Assembly (NCBI GenBank): GCA_002269645.1
Contig: NIVC01001617.1
Coordinates: 1 to 64,000, forward strand
Direction: 5' to 3'
Length of the DNA: 64,000 nt
Source: Macrostomum lignano
Lineage: Eukaryota
Below, piece after piece: positions 46,851 to 59,200 of this stretch. Below the pieces are notes generated by a model. It made no database searches. It saw nothing but the letters and a program-made list of their open reading frames with translations, and was not told the origin of the DNA. Every line of letters starts with the position of its first letter. Position 1 is the stretch's first letter. The position numbers were made by a program, and so were the translations under genes.

Positions 46851-48125
46851 GGGTCATGTCATGACCTGGCAGACTGTGCAGAATCGACTCTGATTAGAAA
46901 GCTGCATTTGCGTCTCTCATTTTTTACCCTTCCACGAGAACGCAGAAAAAATTTGGTCTGTTTGTTTTGTGCTTTCTGTGCCAGCCAGTGACGGGCAGAC
47001 TGCCTGCCCAGCCGGGTTACCATGCAGGTCTGCAGAGATAGAAGAGATTGCTATTTTGCCTTCCAGCGTGGCATTATCCAGCGTGGCACAGGGGTCTGCG
47101 GAATGCTTGCGTTGTACCGTTAGCCCTATAGCACCCAGTTGTCATAATAAATCATTCAACTTGGCCTGGGTCTTGCCCGACTGCCCTATCTCCGAACCCA
47201 GTTTGATAGCACAGCCCGAGATACAGCTCTGCCTGTGATAAAGCTGGACAGCAGCAGCCACACGAAACTATTTTTAAATCAATCTTCAGGGATCACTGAA
47301 GGTTAAAAAGGTTTTTAGCTCACTCGCTGAGCTCTTAGGAACTTTTCCGGTGGCAAAAATGCAGCTTTCATACGCATTTGTTCACTTACAACTGAGTATC
47401 CAATTGTTTTAATCACAATTCGCAATACAAAAAAGTGTTTAAACTTTGATATTGTTTACAGATGCGCGCGAACTTCTTTACACTTAATCGAATTCTTTTA
47501 ACAAATGTGACCAAAGGTGACCACCAAACAGAGTCAATACAGATTAAATTAAAGAAAGGTTTTTAAAGGAAAATTGCATAGTTGTAAAATCTTCAAACCA
47601 GTAAAGCATTAAATAATTTTTTTAATACGAAACATTTAGCAATAGATTTATAGACAAAGCCACTCGTCAGGGCACGGTTAAACAACGTACTCGTTCTTAC
47701 AGGCAAGTTCGAGTGAGTGCAGACGAGCTGCACTGCTTTTAATCACTGATCTTATGGTAAAATGGCGTGTAATTTTGTTTCTATTCAGTTCAGGAATGTC
47801 AATACAAGCGTATAAGATTTCAAGACGCGTCCAATCAGTAGGAGCTAAATTATATATTAATCGCTGGTAAATTTATTTGACCAAAACTTAATTAACCTTA
47901 AAGTAATTATATGGTAGTGTACAGGTTAAGCTTACGCACCCTATCAACGCCCCACAGGGTCCTTGAAAAAAAACAAACCGTAGTAAATTAAAAAGTTTTT
48001 TTGAACGTTCAGGAAATAGGAAAATGTTACAAAAAGTATGGCATATTATAGGTTTAACATATTGAGAAGTAGTCGATTCCAAAAGAAGCAAAATCATTCA
48101 GCGTAAACTCGGCCATGTGTGCCAA

Positions 48126-49640
48126 TCAGCAGGGGCGAAACAGCAGCCTGTGCTCGCCAGGCGTGCGCAAGCCAGAGATGAAGCCCTTCACTATTTTGGC
48201 CTCCTTGCCGACAAACTCCGGAGCCAGGGAGACCCGGTAGCGCTGCATGATGGCGGTGAACATGAGGAACACCTCCATTCGAGCCAGACCCTCTCCTGGG
48301 CATGCCCGTCGACCAATGAGAAAAGGGACGTTCTTGCCTGGGCCAGTGAAGACTCCCTTCTGGTCGAGGAAGTGCTCAGGATAAAACTCGTTCGGCTTCG
48401 ACCAGATTCGGGGATCATGGTTGGAAATGTAAGCACACGGGAAAATGACAGCATCCTTTGGAATTCTGTACCCATTAAAGACGGCTTCGCTCTTCGCACG
48501 ATGAAATGGGCCAACAACAGCTAGCGACACGAATCGATAGGCCTCTTCAATTACTGCGTTTGTAAAGTGCAGCTTCGGCTTGTCCGATGTTTGCACTCGT
48601 CTGTCCGAGCCAACCTCTTGGTCAAGCTCGCTCTGCACCTTGCTCTGGATGTCCGGGTGGGTTGCCATCAGGACGAAGAGCCACTCCAGAGATCGCGCTG
48701 TCGTGTCTGTGCCAGCCATGAAAAACTCGAGAATTACTCGAATGATTTGCAGTTCCTTGTAGCTTTCAAAGTCGCCAAGCTTCTCAGCCTTCCGTTTCTC
48801 CTGAATGTACACATCGCAGAGGCACTCGGGCTCCATAGATTCGTCAACCAAGATTGACTCGCGGATGTGGATCTGCTCGCGAATGAACTCGTGGAATTCG
48901 AGGACAAGCTGAATGAACTTGTCTGCTGAAGGCAAAATGCGCGTAATCGGGTCCAAGTAAGGAAACAGAAGCGGCAGCGAAAGAAACAGGGGTGTCTCGA
49001 AGAACGATTTTATTGCTCTGTTGAGAAATTTAAATTCGGCCTCGTCCTGCTTGAAGCGACGGTTGATAGTGAGTTGCGCGATGACCCCGTTCGTTGCCTC
49101 TGTGAACGCGTCAATAACTCGCAGGCTCTGCTTCTCCTCGACGGATTTCTCAAGAAGCTGGAAGATGAGGTCAAGCTGTACGTCGACCATCTCAGCAGAT
49201 CGAGTTCTAGCGAATCCGAAGTCTCGTAGACTCTTCAGAGCAAGCCGGCGCTGCCGGGTCCATGATTCGCCCTCCGTGTTGAAAATACCGCATCCCTGAA
49301 TCAGCCGTTCCAGGAACGGTGGCCTGGGCCGAGCCGCATAGTTGTCGTCATTCATCATTTCCTTGAGCATGTCGTAGTTGCCGATGGCGATCATCAGCTG
49401 CGAACCCATTCGAAACGAGATGATGTCACCGTATTTGTTAACCATCTGCTCGATGCAAAGGTGCAATTGACTTGGGTGAAGCCATGGCAAACGGCCCACA
49501 ACAGGCAGTCCGATGGGACCAGGAGGTAGATCTCTCGACCGGTACCACTGGTAGGCTCCGTAACAACCAAGCAGTGCAACAGGCATGCCGATGCCGAGGG
49601 CCATCTTGTTGTCCATACTAGACGACAGTAGGTGAGCCAT
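48126..49640 (-). CDS. Cytochrome P450, CYP2 clan, intronless CDS
   Basis: PPGP, WTRQRR, FMAGTDTT, EEAYR, PNEFYPEHF, PFLIGRRACPGEG; start MAHLLSS aligns with paralog MTHLLSS. Confidence 0.97.
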   Translation of the reverse strand: MAHLLSSSMDNKMALGIGMPVALLGCYGAYQWYRSRDLPPGPIGLPVVGRLPWLHPSQLHLCIEQMVNKYGDIISFRMGSQLMIAIGNYDMLKEMMNDDNYAARPRPPFLERLIQGCGIFNTEGESWTRQRRLALKSLRDFGFARTRSAEMVDVQLDLIFQLLEKSVEEKQSLRVIDAFTEATNGVIAQLTINRRFKQDEAEFKFLNRAIKSFFETPLFLSLPLLFPYLDPITRILPSADKFIQLVLEFHEFIREQIHIRESILVDESMEPECLCDVYIQEKRKAEKLGDFESYKELQIIRVILEFFMAGTDTTARSLEWLFVLMATHPDIQSKVQSELDQEVGSDRRVQTSDKPKLHFTNAVIEEAYRFVSLAVVGPFHRAKSEAVFNGYRIPKDAVIFPCAYISNHDPRIWSKPNEFYPEHFLDQKGVFTGPGKNVPFLIGRRACPGEGLARMEVFLMFTAIMQRYRVSLAPEFVGKEAKIVKGFISGLRTPGEHRLLFRPC

Positions 49641-50151
49641 TGTTGACCACGTTGAGTGACTTTCAAGCTGCTTCACCGAGTCAGCAAATATCAATAGTTA
49701 ATTTGTGTTTTTTTCGGAGCAGCAGTCTGTTTTTTATTCAGCCAGTGGCGGTGCTTGACTTAGCCCCAGCCCACCCTGCGAGGGACGCCCGTCTCAGTCT
49801 GTCCTGCCACTGCATTCATTGGAGGGTTGAATGCCCACTTGCGTACAGCAACTTTTCCCCGGTATCAGAATGCATGCACACTGTCCATTCGTGTACAGCG
49901 CAAACCGTACAGTCAACTGCTGCGGGCCGTGGCAAGATTATTGTGTACTTTTATTTCTCTACCAATTAACAACAGCTAAATGTTCATTACTATCTCTCTC
50001 TTCATTCATATTCATAGCATCGATAATATTTACGCCATCGTTATTGCTAGCTTGTATGAAAAAATTATTTACCTAGTCTCACGATTGTAATGATTCACTA
50101 ACCGCATGATTATTTGCATGCTGCGGGAAAATTCGTTCACTCGGTCATCTG

Positions 50152-51056
50152 GGGCCCGTGCTATAGAATCAGGAGTTAGAAGTTAGGAGCTAGGACTCAA
50201 GAGTACTCTTGACAAGGAGTGATTGAATTTTGTGTGCTATAGATTTCAGGAGTTAAGAGTTTGGAGCTAGGAGTTCTTGCAAGGAGTGCAGCCTAGGAGT
50301 TGGGGTGTGTTCAAGGAGTGTTGCGCAATCGTTTAAGGATGATAGAGAATTGTGTGCTATATCACAATCTAACTTTACGGTCCTTAAGGATTGAATCTCA
50401 GGAGTGAAAATGCAAATTGCTCAAAAAATATCATTTGTGAGAGCTGTCGCTGCACGCAAAGAGGTTCTCTTTGGTGCGTTTAGTACAACCATAACTAAGA
50501 ATGCGAAGATTGCTATGTGGCAAGACGTGATATTGGAATGCCGTGAAAAGTTTGGTACTAAGATGTTCGATTCTGTGTCGAATTCTATCTGTTAGGCTTG
50601 AAAGCTGGATCTCGTTAAGTCTAAAACGCATAGCGCTCTCGGCTGGATCTTCCGAGATCGGCTGGTCTATCATTGACTCCTTCCTCATCAGAATCCGATT
50701 CGCTGTCCGAAAACATTATAATCCTAGCTTGTCTAAGATTGAAAATTGGCCCTTGAACTCTTGCTTAGGAGTCAAGAGTTAGGAGCGAAATTTTCTCATT
50801 CTTTAGGACACGCGCTCCTAGAATGACTCCTAAAAGCCAACTCCTAGCTCCTAGCTCCTAGACTTCCTCTCCTAATTCTATAGCATGCCACGGACCTTAA
50901 TGAGGTCTCCTAAATTCACCCAGGAGTCTCCTAACGTCCTTAAGGAGCCTCCTAGCTCTTAAAATTTACTCTTGATTCTATAGCACAGAAAAGCCAGCTA
51001 GGAGTTAGGACACTCTTAAGGATTTAGGAGTTAAGAGTATTCTATAGCACGGGCCC
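50152..51056 (+). mobile_element. Non-autonomous PIF/Harbinger derivative (905 bp) retaining a Myb/SANT-like ORF2 fragment
   Basis: Perfect 18-bp TIRs gggcccgtgctatagaat (50152-50169, 51039-51056); 3-bp TSD CTG; internal ORF 50410-50595 VRAVAARKEVLFGAFSTTITKNAKIAMWQDV resembles the Harbinger Myb-like protein; no transposase. Confidence 0.88.
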
Positions 51057-52331
51057 CTGCATAAGCGTGTTTAAGTATTCTCAGCAGCATTGAAAAGTCG
51101 CCACTCTATGCGCCAGTGAGCGATTTCTGTTGGACTGTTCTGAAATAAAAGATACGAGAAAACTGATCGAGGTAGCTTTAGTCCGTCCAACCCTCGCACA
51201 CCGCTCCCCCACTCCATTCCTCAACTCAAGTCTGCCGCGGCGTAGCTGAGTTGCGTCACTCGCAACATTGAGAGAGACTTTCCCTGCACTCTCAAAAGTA
51301 ACGACCACAGACGGTCCAATCCTCTGCGATCTTCGGCGTTGCTGAAATGGCATGGCAGCTATGACCTCAACTATGATTCTTCTCAAATTCGTCTTGTCAA
51401 ATTGTCTAGAACGGAAGTTGCCTAATGATATTAAAATTGCGTTGCATTACTCCTTTATACATTTTGTATCTCTTACGTCTGTCGAATCATAAAATCATGA
51501 GCAGGTTACGTAACTTTCTTTTCTTTGGAAACATGAGCAGCTACGAGCATATCTTTCAATAGGTGGCAAACAATTAAGGCTTTTGAAGTTGGCATCAAAC
51601 TTTGCTTTATGTTTATTTTTGCTTCTAATGCCTGCGCCCACACGTTGGCTTCAGATGGGGCCTCAGCTCTCCTCGCACAGTTTGTACACTTTCGAGTACT
51701 GAGCAAATGAGACAGCCTTCTCTCCTACTGATTGTCTTATCTCAATGAGACACTGGCCTCGACTGTGCCACGATGGCAGTGCCAGCGTGGAGGCCCAGGC
51801 CAAGAGTGCATGCTTTGACATTTTCTGAACCTATAGCACTCACCTAGGTCGTACTTTCAGCCGTTGCCCTCATTTGGCAAGCAGCTTTCAGCTTTCCCAC
51901 ATGCAGCTGCGTGAAGCCAAGTAAAGTTAAATCACTTTGCAAAACAAGAGAGAAAGCGTTAGAATATATACCGTAGTTGTTATCATTTATTCGGTTTTCG
52001 AGATAAGTAAAAGTAATGTTAAATAGCTTTTACAATTAAAATCAGTTGGTAAAGCTCCATACTGTTATTAATAGTTTTACTAATCACAGTGTATGATTCC
52101 TAGTGCAAGCGGGGCACCTTGATGGCCCGCATCAGTATTTCAGCACAAGATTCAGTGTTCGTATCGCGATACACAGCGTAGAATCATTTTTTATTGAGTC
52201 CCATCTTACGAGACTTAACGCAAAAAGGCTTGATTGTAATTTTAAACATAAAATCTAAATAGAAGCAGGACCGAAAATCTTTAAAAAGTCCATATGAATT
52301 GGTCATCAGCACGATGCAGCCTGTCCAATCT

Positions 52332-53843
52332 TCATCGCCGTTCGAAAACAAGTTTGTGCTCCCCTGGCTTTCGCAGTATCCCAAGAGATCCTTTGAGAAT
52401 CTCAGCTTCTCTGCCGACGAACTCCGGAGCCAGGGAGACCCGGTAGCGCTGCATGATGGCGGTGAACATGAGGAACACCTCCATTCGAGCCAGACCCTCT
52501 CCTGCGCAAGCTCGTCGACCAATGAGAAAAGGAACGTTCTTGCCTGGGCCAGTGAAGACTCCCTTCTGGTCGAGGAAGTGCTCAGGATAAAACTCGTCCG
52601 GCTTCGCCCAGACTCGAGGATCGTGGTTGGAAGCATACACGCAGGGTATGATGATCGTATCCTCGGGAATTCTGTATCCATGGAAGACGGCTTCGCTCTG
52701 TGCGCGATGGAAGGCTCCGACAGCGGCGAGAGAGAGAAACCGGTAAGCCTCCTCAATGACAGCAGTGGTAAAGTTCAGGCTGGGCTTATCTGACGTCTGG
52801 GTGCGTCTGTCCGAGCCAACCTCTTTGTCAAGCTCGCTGTGCACCTTCTTCTGGATGGCTGGGTGCATTGACATCAATATGAAGAGCCACTCTAAAGAAC
52901 GCGCAGTAGTGTCAGTTCCAGCCAGGAAGAACTCCAGAACAACTCTGACGATCTGAAGTTCTCGAAACGTTTCAAAGTCGCCAATTTTTTCGGCCTTTCT
53001 CTTTTCTTGGATGTACACGTCGCAAAGACACTCCGGCTCCATCGAATCGTCGATCAAGATGGACTCCCGAATCCGGATCTGCTCACGTATGAACACGTGC
53101 AGTTTCAGCATTAGGTTTGTAAAAATATTTGTTGCTGGCATTAGTTGAACAAAAATATTCATCCATGGAAAGAACAGCGGCAGATTAACAACCACTGGGG
53201 TGTCAAAAAAGGTTTTGAGTGCTGTATTAAAAAACTCGAATTCCTTCTCATCTCTTCTGAAGCGTCGGTTGAGAGTGAGTTGCGCGATGACCCCGTTCGT
53301 TGCCTCTGTGAACGCTTCGAGAACTCGCAGGCTCTGCTTCTCCTCGATGGATTTCTCAAGAAGCTGGAAGATGATGTCAAGCTGAACGTCAACCATCTCA
53401 GCAGACCGAGTTCTAGCGAATCCGAAGTCTCGTAGACTCTTCAGAGCAAGCCGGCGCTGTTGAGTCCACATTTCTCCCTCGGAAAGGAATATTCCACATC
53501 CTTCAGTCACACGCTTGAGGAATGGCGCATTCGGTTTTCCAGTAAAGGTGTCGTCATTCAGCATCTTCTTTAGGAGTTCATAGTTACAAACTGCTACCAT
53601 TAGCTGGGATCCCATTCGAAACGAAATCACGTCGCCGTACTTTTTTGACATTTGTTCGACGCATAGGTGCAACTGATTCGGATCTAGCCATGGCAATCGA
53701 CCAACGATGGGAAGCCCGATAGGACCTGGCGGTAGATCTCTTGACCGGTACCATTGATAGGCCCCGTAGCAACCAAGCAGTGCAACAGGGAGACCGATGC
53801 TGAGGGCCGTCTTGTTGTCAATACTCGACAGCAGGTGCGTCAT
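52332..53843 (-). CDS. Cytochrome P450, CYP2 clan, intronless CDS
   Basis: PPGP, WTQQRR, FLAGTDTT, EEAYR, PDEFYPEHF, PFLIGRRACAGEG; close paralog of 48126-49640. Confidence 0.97.
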   Translation of the reverse strand: MTHLLSSIDNKTALSIGLPVALLGCYGAYQWYRSRDLPPGPIGLPIVGRLPWLDPNQLHLCVEQMSKKYGDVISFRMGSQLMVAVCNYELLKKMLNDDTFTGKPNAPFLKRVTEGCGIFLSEGEMWTQQRRLALKSLRDFGFARTRSAEMVDVQLDIIFQLLEKSIEEKQSLRVLEAFTEATNGVIAQLTLNRRFRRDEKEFEFFNTALKTFFDTPVVVNLPLFFPWMNIFVQLMPATNIFTNLMLKLHVFIREQIRIRESILIDDSMEPECLCDVYIQEKRKAEKIGDFETFRELQIVRVVLEFFLAGTDTTARSLEWLFILMSMHPAIQKKVHSELDKEVGSDRRTQTSDKPSLNFTTAVIEEAYRFLSLAAVGAFHRAQSEAVFHGYRIPEDTIIIPCVYASNHDPRVWAKPDEFYPEHFLDQKGVFTGPGKNVPFLIGRRACAGEGLARMEVFLMFTAIMQRYRVSLAPEFVGREAEILKGSLGILRKPGEHKLVFERR

Positions 53844-54403
53844 TTTGATCTGATGTACACGATTTGCGATAGACAGGTAGACTTACACGGGAAGCTACGA
53901 AGTATTCGTATTTCTAGACTCAATGCCAAATCTGGTGTTCACCTTTGTTCAGGCAGGTAGAGGTTTTTGGTAAACCCTTAAACAATTCTATCGGGCTAAA
54001 AGAGTTTCTGCAACTTTTTCTGCACTCTTCCAAATTGCACGCATTGAATTACGAACACACGCGCCTCACAACAATTTATTAAAACTACGAAATACGGCTG
54101 CATGCTTGGCGTGGCCAACCACTGACCGCTCGAATGCATATTTGTCAGCTGAAACTATTTTTAACTCGTATTCGTCACGTGATAAATTTGTCTCAGCTTT
54201 TGCTCTGGGTTCGGTAAATTACTGGTAGCTAGCATTTTCTCTGTCTTTCTGCTCGCAGGTGCACAACATTTAATGAAACTTGACAAGCTTTAAACGTTGT
54301 AATGTAAAGCGAGGCAAGAACCCCCAAACTCTATAGCTTTTAACTAAAATGGCTGCATGAAAATAAAGCTGCTGACCAAGTGTGAGTATGAACACTGTCA
54401 CCT

Positions 54404-54572
54404 TGTAGTGTACGCCCCCTCTAGGCCTTTTCTCTTCTCTCTCGACCTACCACTAGCACTGGCCCCAACAACTATTGCGTTACTTTGTAGTCGCACGTCC
54501 CCAATGGCTAAATAATAAATCAAATATATAGTCCGCGAGACCATGCTTGTTTACGCGCACAAGTGCACTACA
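54404..54572. mobile_element. Solo LTR (169 bp)
   Basis: Starts tgtagtg and ends cactaca (inverted termini, TG...CA); exact 5-bp TSD CACCT at 54399-54403 and 54573-54577. Confidence 0.8.
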
Positions 54573-54807
54573 CACCTGGACTAAGAAAATGCGTGTTTTC
54601 AACTGGTATACGAGCTATAAGATTGGGGATAGGCAAAAGAAAGAGCACCCATTCGGATCTATCTGGATGTTTCTCTTAACTTGTCATCAAACACGACCCA
54701 ATCGCAGTCTTTGATTGATCGCACAACAGCACTTAGCAGCTCGTATTGGACTGCCAGTGGCACTTATAGAATGTGGCGGTTACAGATGATACAACAAGAG
54801 GAATCTT

Positions 54808-56165
54808 CTGAGGGTGTCGCTAGCTGAGGGTGTCGCTAGCTGAGGGAGTCGCTAGCTGAGGGTGTCGCTAGCTGAGGGTGTCGCTAGCTGAGGGAGTCGC
54901 TAGCTGAGGGAGTCACTAGCTGAGGGAGTCGCTAGCTGAGGGAGTCGCTAGCTGAGGGAGTCGCTAGCTGAGGGAGTCGCTAGCTGAGGGAGTCGCTAGC
55001 TGAGGGTGTCACTAGCTGAGGGTGTCACTAGCTGAGGGAGTCGCTAGCTGAGGGAGTCGCTAGCTGAGGGAGTCGCTAGCTGAGGGAGTCACTAGCTGAG
55101 GGTGTCACTAGCTGAGGGTGTCACTAGCTGAGGGTGTCACTAGCTGAGGGAGTCGCTAGCTGCGGGAGTCGCTAGCTGAGGGAGTCGCTAGCTGAGGGAG
55201 TCGCTAGCTGAGGGAGTCGCTAGCTGAGGGAGTCGCTAGCTGAGGGAGTCGCTAGCTGAGGGAGTCGCTAGCTGAGGGAGTCACTAGCTGAGGGAGTCGC
55301 TAGCTGAGGGAGTCGCTAGCTGAGGGAGTCGCTAGCTGAGGGAGTCGCTAGCTGAGGGAGTCGCTAGCTGAGGGAGTCGCTAGCTGAGGGAGTCGCTAGC
55401 TGAGGGAGTCGCTAGCTGAGGGAGTCGCTAGCTGAGGGAGTCGCTAGCTGAGGGAGTCGCTAGCTGAGGGAGTCGCTAGCTGAGGGAGTCGCTAGCTGAG
55501 GGAGTCGCTAGCTGAGGGAGTCGCTAGCTGAGGGAGTCGCTAGCTGAGGGAGTCACTAGCTGAGGGAGTCGCTAGCTGAGGGTGTCGCTAGCTGAGGGAG
55601 TCGCTAGCTGAGGGAGTCGCTAGCTGAGGGAGTCGCTAGCTGAGGGAGTCGCTAGCTGAGGGAGTCGCTAGCTGAGGGAGTCGCTAGCTGAGGGAGTCGC
55701 TAGCTGAGGGTGTCGCTAGCTGAGGGAGTCGCTAGCTGAGGGAGTCGCTAGCTGAGGGTGTCGCTAGCTGAGGGAGTCGCTAGCTGAGGGAGTCGCTAGC
55801 TGAGGGTGTCGCTAGCTGAGGGAGTCGCTAGCTGAGGGAGTCACTAGCTGAGGGAGTCGCTAGCTGAGGGTGTCACTAGCTGAGGGAGTCGCTAGCTGAG
55901 GGAGTTGCTAGCTGAGGAAGTCGCTAGCTGAGGGAGTCGCTAGCTGAGGGAGTCGCTAGCTGAGGGTGTCACTAGCTGAGGGAGTCGCTAGCTGAGGGAG
56001 TCGCTAGCTGAGGGAGTCGCTAGCTGAGGGTGTCACTAGCTGATCGTGTCACTAGCTGAGGGAGTCGCTAGCTGAGGGTGTCGCTAGCTGAGGGAGTCGC
56101 TAGCTGAGGGAGTCGCTAGCTGAGGGTGTCACTAGCTGAGTGTCACTAGCTGAGGGGTCGCAGGC
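54808..56165. repeat. 16-bp satellite (gctagctgagggagtc), ~85 copies
   Basis: Direct reading. Confidence 0.97.
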
Positions 56166-56262
56166 TGAGTTAGCCATAAGAGCATTCACAGGCAGCATCT
56201 AAAATTGTTATTATTTCTTATACGAAGTTCCCCAAAAAAGTTATTCTACATATCCATTTAAT

Positions 56263-59200
56263 ATGAACAGGGAAGTTATACCTTCTGCTTCTGTAAAAAC
56301 TATGATTCCAGTCTCGATAGACTCTTCTATGACTAAGATTCCAGTCTCTATAGACTCTTCTATGACTAAGATTCCAGTCTCGATAGACTCTTCTATGACT
56401 AAGATTCCAGTCTCGATAGACTCTTCTATGACTAAGATTCCAGTCTCGATAGACTCTTCTATGACTAAGATTCCAGTCTCGATAGACTCTTCTATGACTA
56501 AGATTCCAGTCTCGATAGACTCTTCTATGATGATTCCAGTCCCGATAGACTCTTCTATGATGATTTCAGTCTCGATAGACTCTTCTATGACTATGATTCC
56601 AGTCTCGATAGACTCTTCTATGACTATGATTCCAGTCTCGATAGACTCTTCTATGATGATTCCAGTCTCGATAGACTCTTCTATGACTATGATTCCAGTC
56701 TCGATAGACTCTTCTATGACTAAGATTCCAGTCTCGATAGACTCTTCTATGACTATGATTCCAGTCTCGATAGACTCTTCTATGACTATGATTCCAGTCT
56801 CGATAGACTCTTCTATGACTATGATTCCAGTCTCGATAGACTCTTCTATGACTATGATTCCAGTCTCGATAGACTCTTCTATGACTATGATTCCAGTCTC
56901 GATAGACTCTTCTATGACTATGATTCCAGTCTCGATAGACTCTTCTATGATGATTTCAGTCTCGATAGACTCTTCTATGATGATTCCAGTCTCGATAGAC
57001 TCTTCTATGACTAAGATTTCAGTCTCGATAGACTCTTCTATGACTAAGATTTCAGTCTCGATAGACTCTTCTATGACTAAGATTCCAGTCTCGATAGACT
57101 CTTCTATGACTAAGATTCCAGTCTCGATAGACTCTTCTATGATGATTTCAGTCTCGATAGACTCTTCTATGACTATGATTCCAGTCTCGATAGACTCTTC
57201 TATGACTAAGATTCCAGTCTCGATAGACTCTTCTATGACTATGATTCCAGTCTCGATAGACTCTTCTATGACTATGATTTCAGTCTCGATAGACTCTTCT
57301 ATGACTATGATTCCAGTCTCGATAGACTCTTCTATGACTATGATTCCAGTCTCGATAGACTCTTCTATGATGATTTCAGTCTCGATAGACTCTTCTATGA
57401 CTATGATTTCAGTCTCGATAGACTCTTCTATGACTAAGATTCCAGTCTCGATAGACTCTTCTATGATGATTCCAGTCTCGATAGACTCTTCTATGATGAT
57501 TTCAGTCTCGATAGACTCTTCTATGACTAAGATTCCAGTCTCGATAGACTCTTCTATGATGATTTCAGTCTCGATAGACTCTTCTATGACTATGATTCCA
57601 GTCTCGATAGACTCTTCTATGACTATGATTCCAGTCTCGATAGACTCTTCTATGACTATGATTTCAGTCTCGATAGACTCTTCTATGACTATGATTCCAG
57701 TCTCGATAGACTCTTCTATGACTATGATTTCAGTCTCGATAGACTCTTCTATGACTATGATTCCAGTCTCGATAGACTCTTCTATGACTATGATTCCAGT
57801 CTCGATAGACTCTTCTATGATGATTCCAGTCTCGATAGACTCTTCTATGATGATTTCAGTCTCGATAGACTCTTCTATGACTAAGATTCCAGTCTCGATA
57901 GACTCTTCTATGATGATTTCAGTCTCGATAGACTCTTCTATGACTATGATTCCAGTCTCGATAGACTCTTCTATGACTAAGATTCCAGTCTCGATAGACT
58001 CTTCTATGATGATTTCAGTCTCGATAGACTCTTCTATGACTATGATTCCAGTCTCGATAGACTCTTCTATGACTATGATTCCAGTCTCGATAGACTCTTC
58101 TATGACTAAGATTCCAGTCTCGATAGACTCTTCTATGATGATTTCAGTCTCGATAGACTCTTCTATGACTATGATTCCAGTCTCGATAGACTCTTCTATG
58201 ACTATGATTCCAGTCTCGATAGACTCTTCTATGACTACGATTCCAGTCTCTATAGACTATTCTATGACTAAGATTCCAGTCTCGATAGACTCTTCTATGA
58301 CTATGATTCCAGTCTCGATAGACTCTTCTATGACTATGATTCCAGTCTCGATAGACTCTTCTATGATGATTTCAGTCTCGATAGACTCTTCTATGACTAT
58401 GATTCCAGTCTCGATAGACTCTTCTATGACTATGATTCCAGTCTCGATAGACTCTTCTATGACTAAGATTCCAGTCTCGATAGACTCTTCTATGACTATG
58501 ATTCCAGTCTCGATAGACTCTTCTATGACTAAGATTCCAGTCTCGATAGACTCTTCTATGATGATTTCAGTCTCGATAGACTCTTCTATGACTAAGATTC
58601 CAGTCTCGATAGACTCTTCTATGATGATTCCAGTCTCGATAGACTCTTCTATGACTATGATTCCAGTCTCGATAGACTCTTCTATGACTAAGATTCCAGT
58701 CTCGATAGACTCTACTATGATGATTTCAGTCTCGATAGACTCTTCTATGACTATGATTCCAGTCTCGATAGACTCTTCTATGATGATTTCAGTCTCGATA
58801 GACTCTTCTATGACTATGATTCCAGTCTCGATAGACTCTTCTATGACTATGATTCCAGTCTCGATAGACTCTTCTATGATGATTCCAGTCTCGATAGACT
58901 CTTCTATGACTAAGATTCCAGTCTCGATAGACTCTTCTATGACTATGATTCCAGTCTCGATAGACTCTTCTATGACTATGATTCCAGTCTCGATAGACTC
59001 TTCTATGATGATTTCAGTCTCGATAGACTCTTCTATGACTATGATTCCAGTCTCGATAGACTCTTCTATGATGATTTCAGTCTCGATAGACTCTTCTATG
59101 ATGATTCCAGTCTCGATAGACTCTTCTATGACTATGATTCCAGTCTCGATAGACTCTTCTATGACTAAGATTCCAGTCTCGATAGACTCTTCTATGACTA

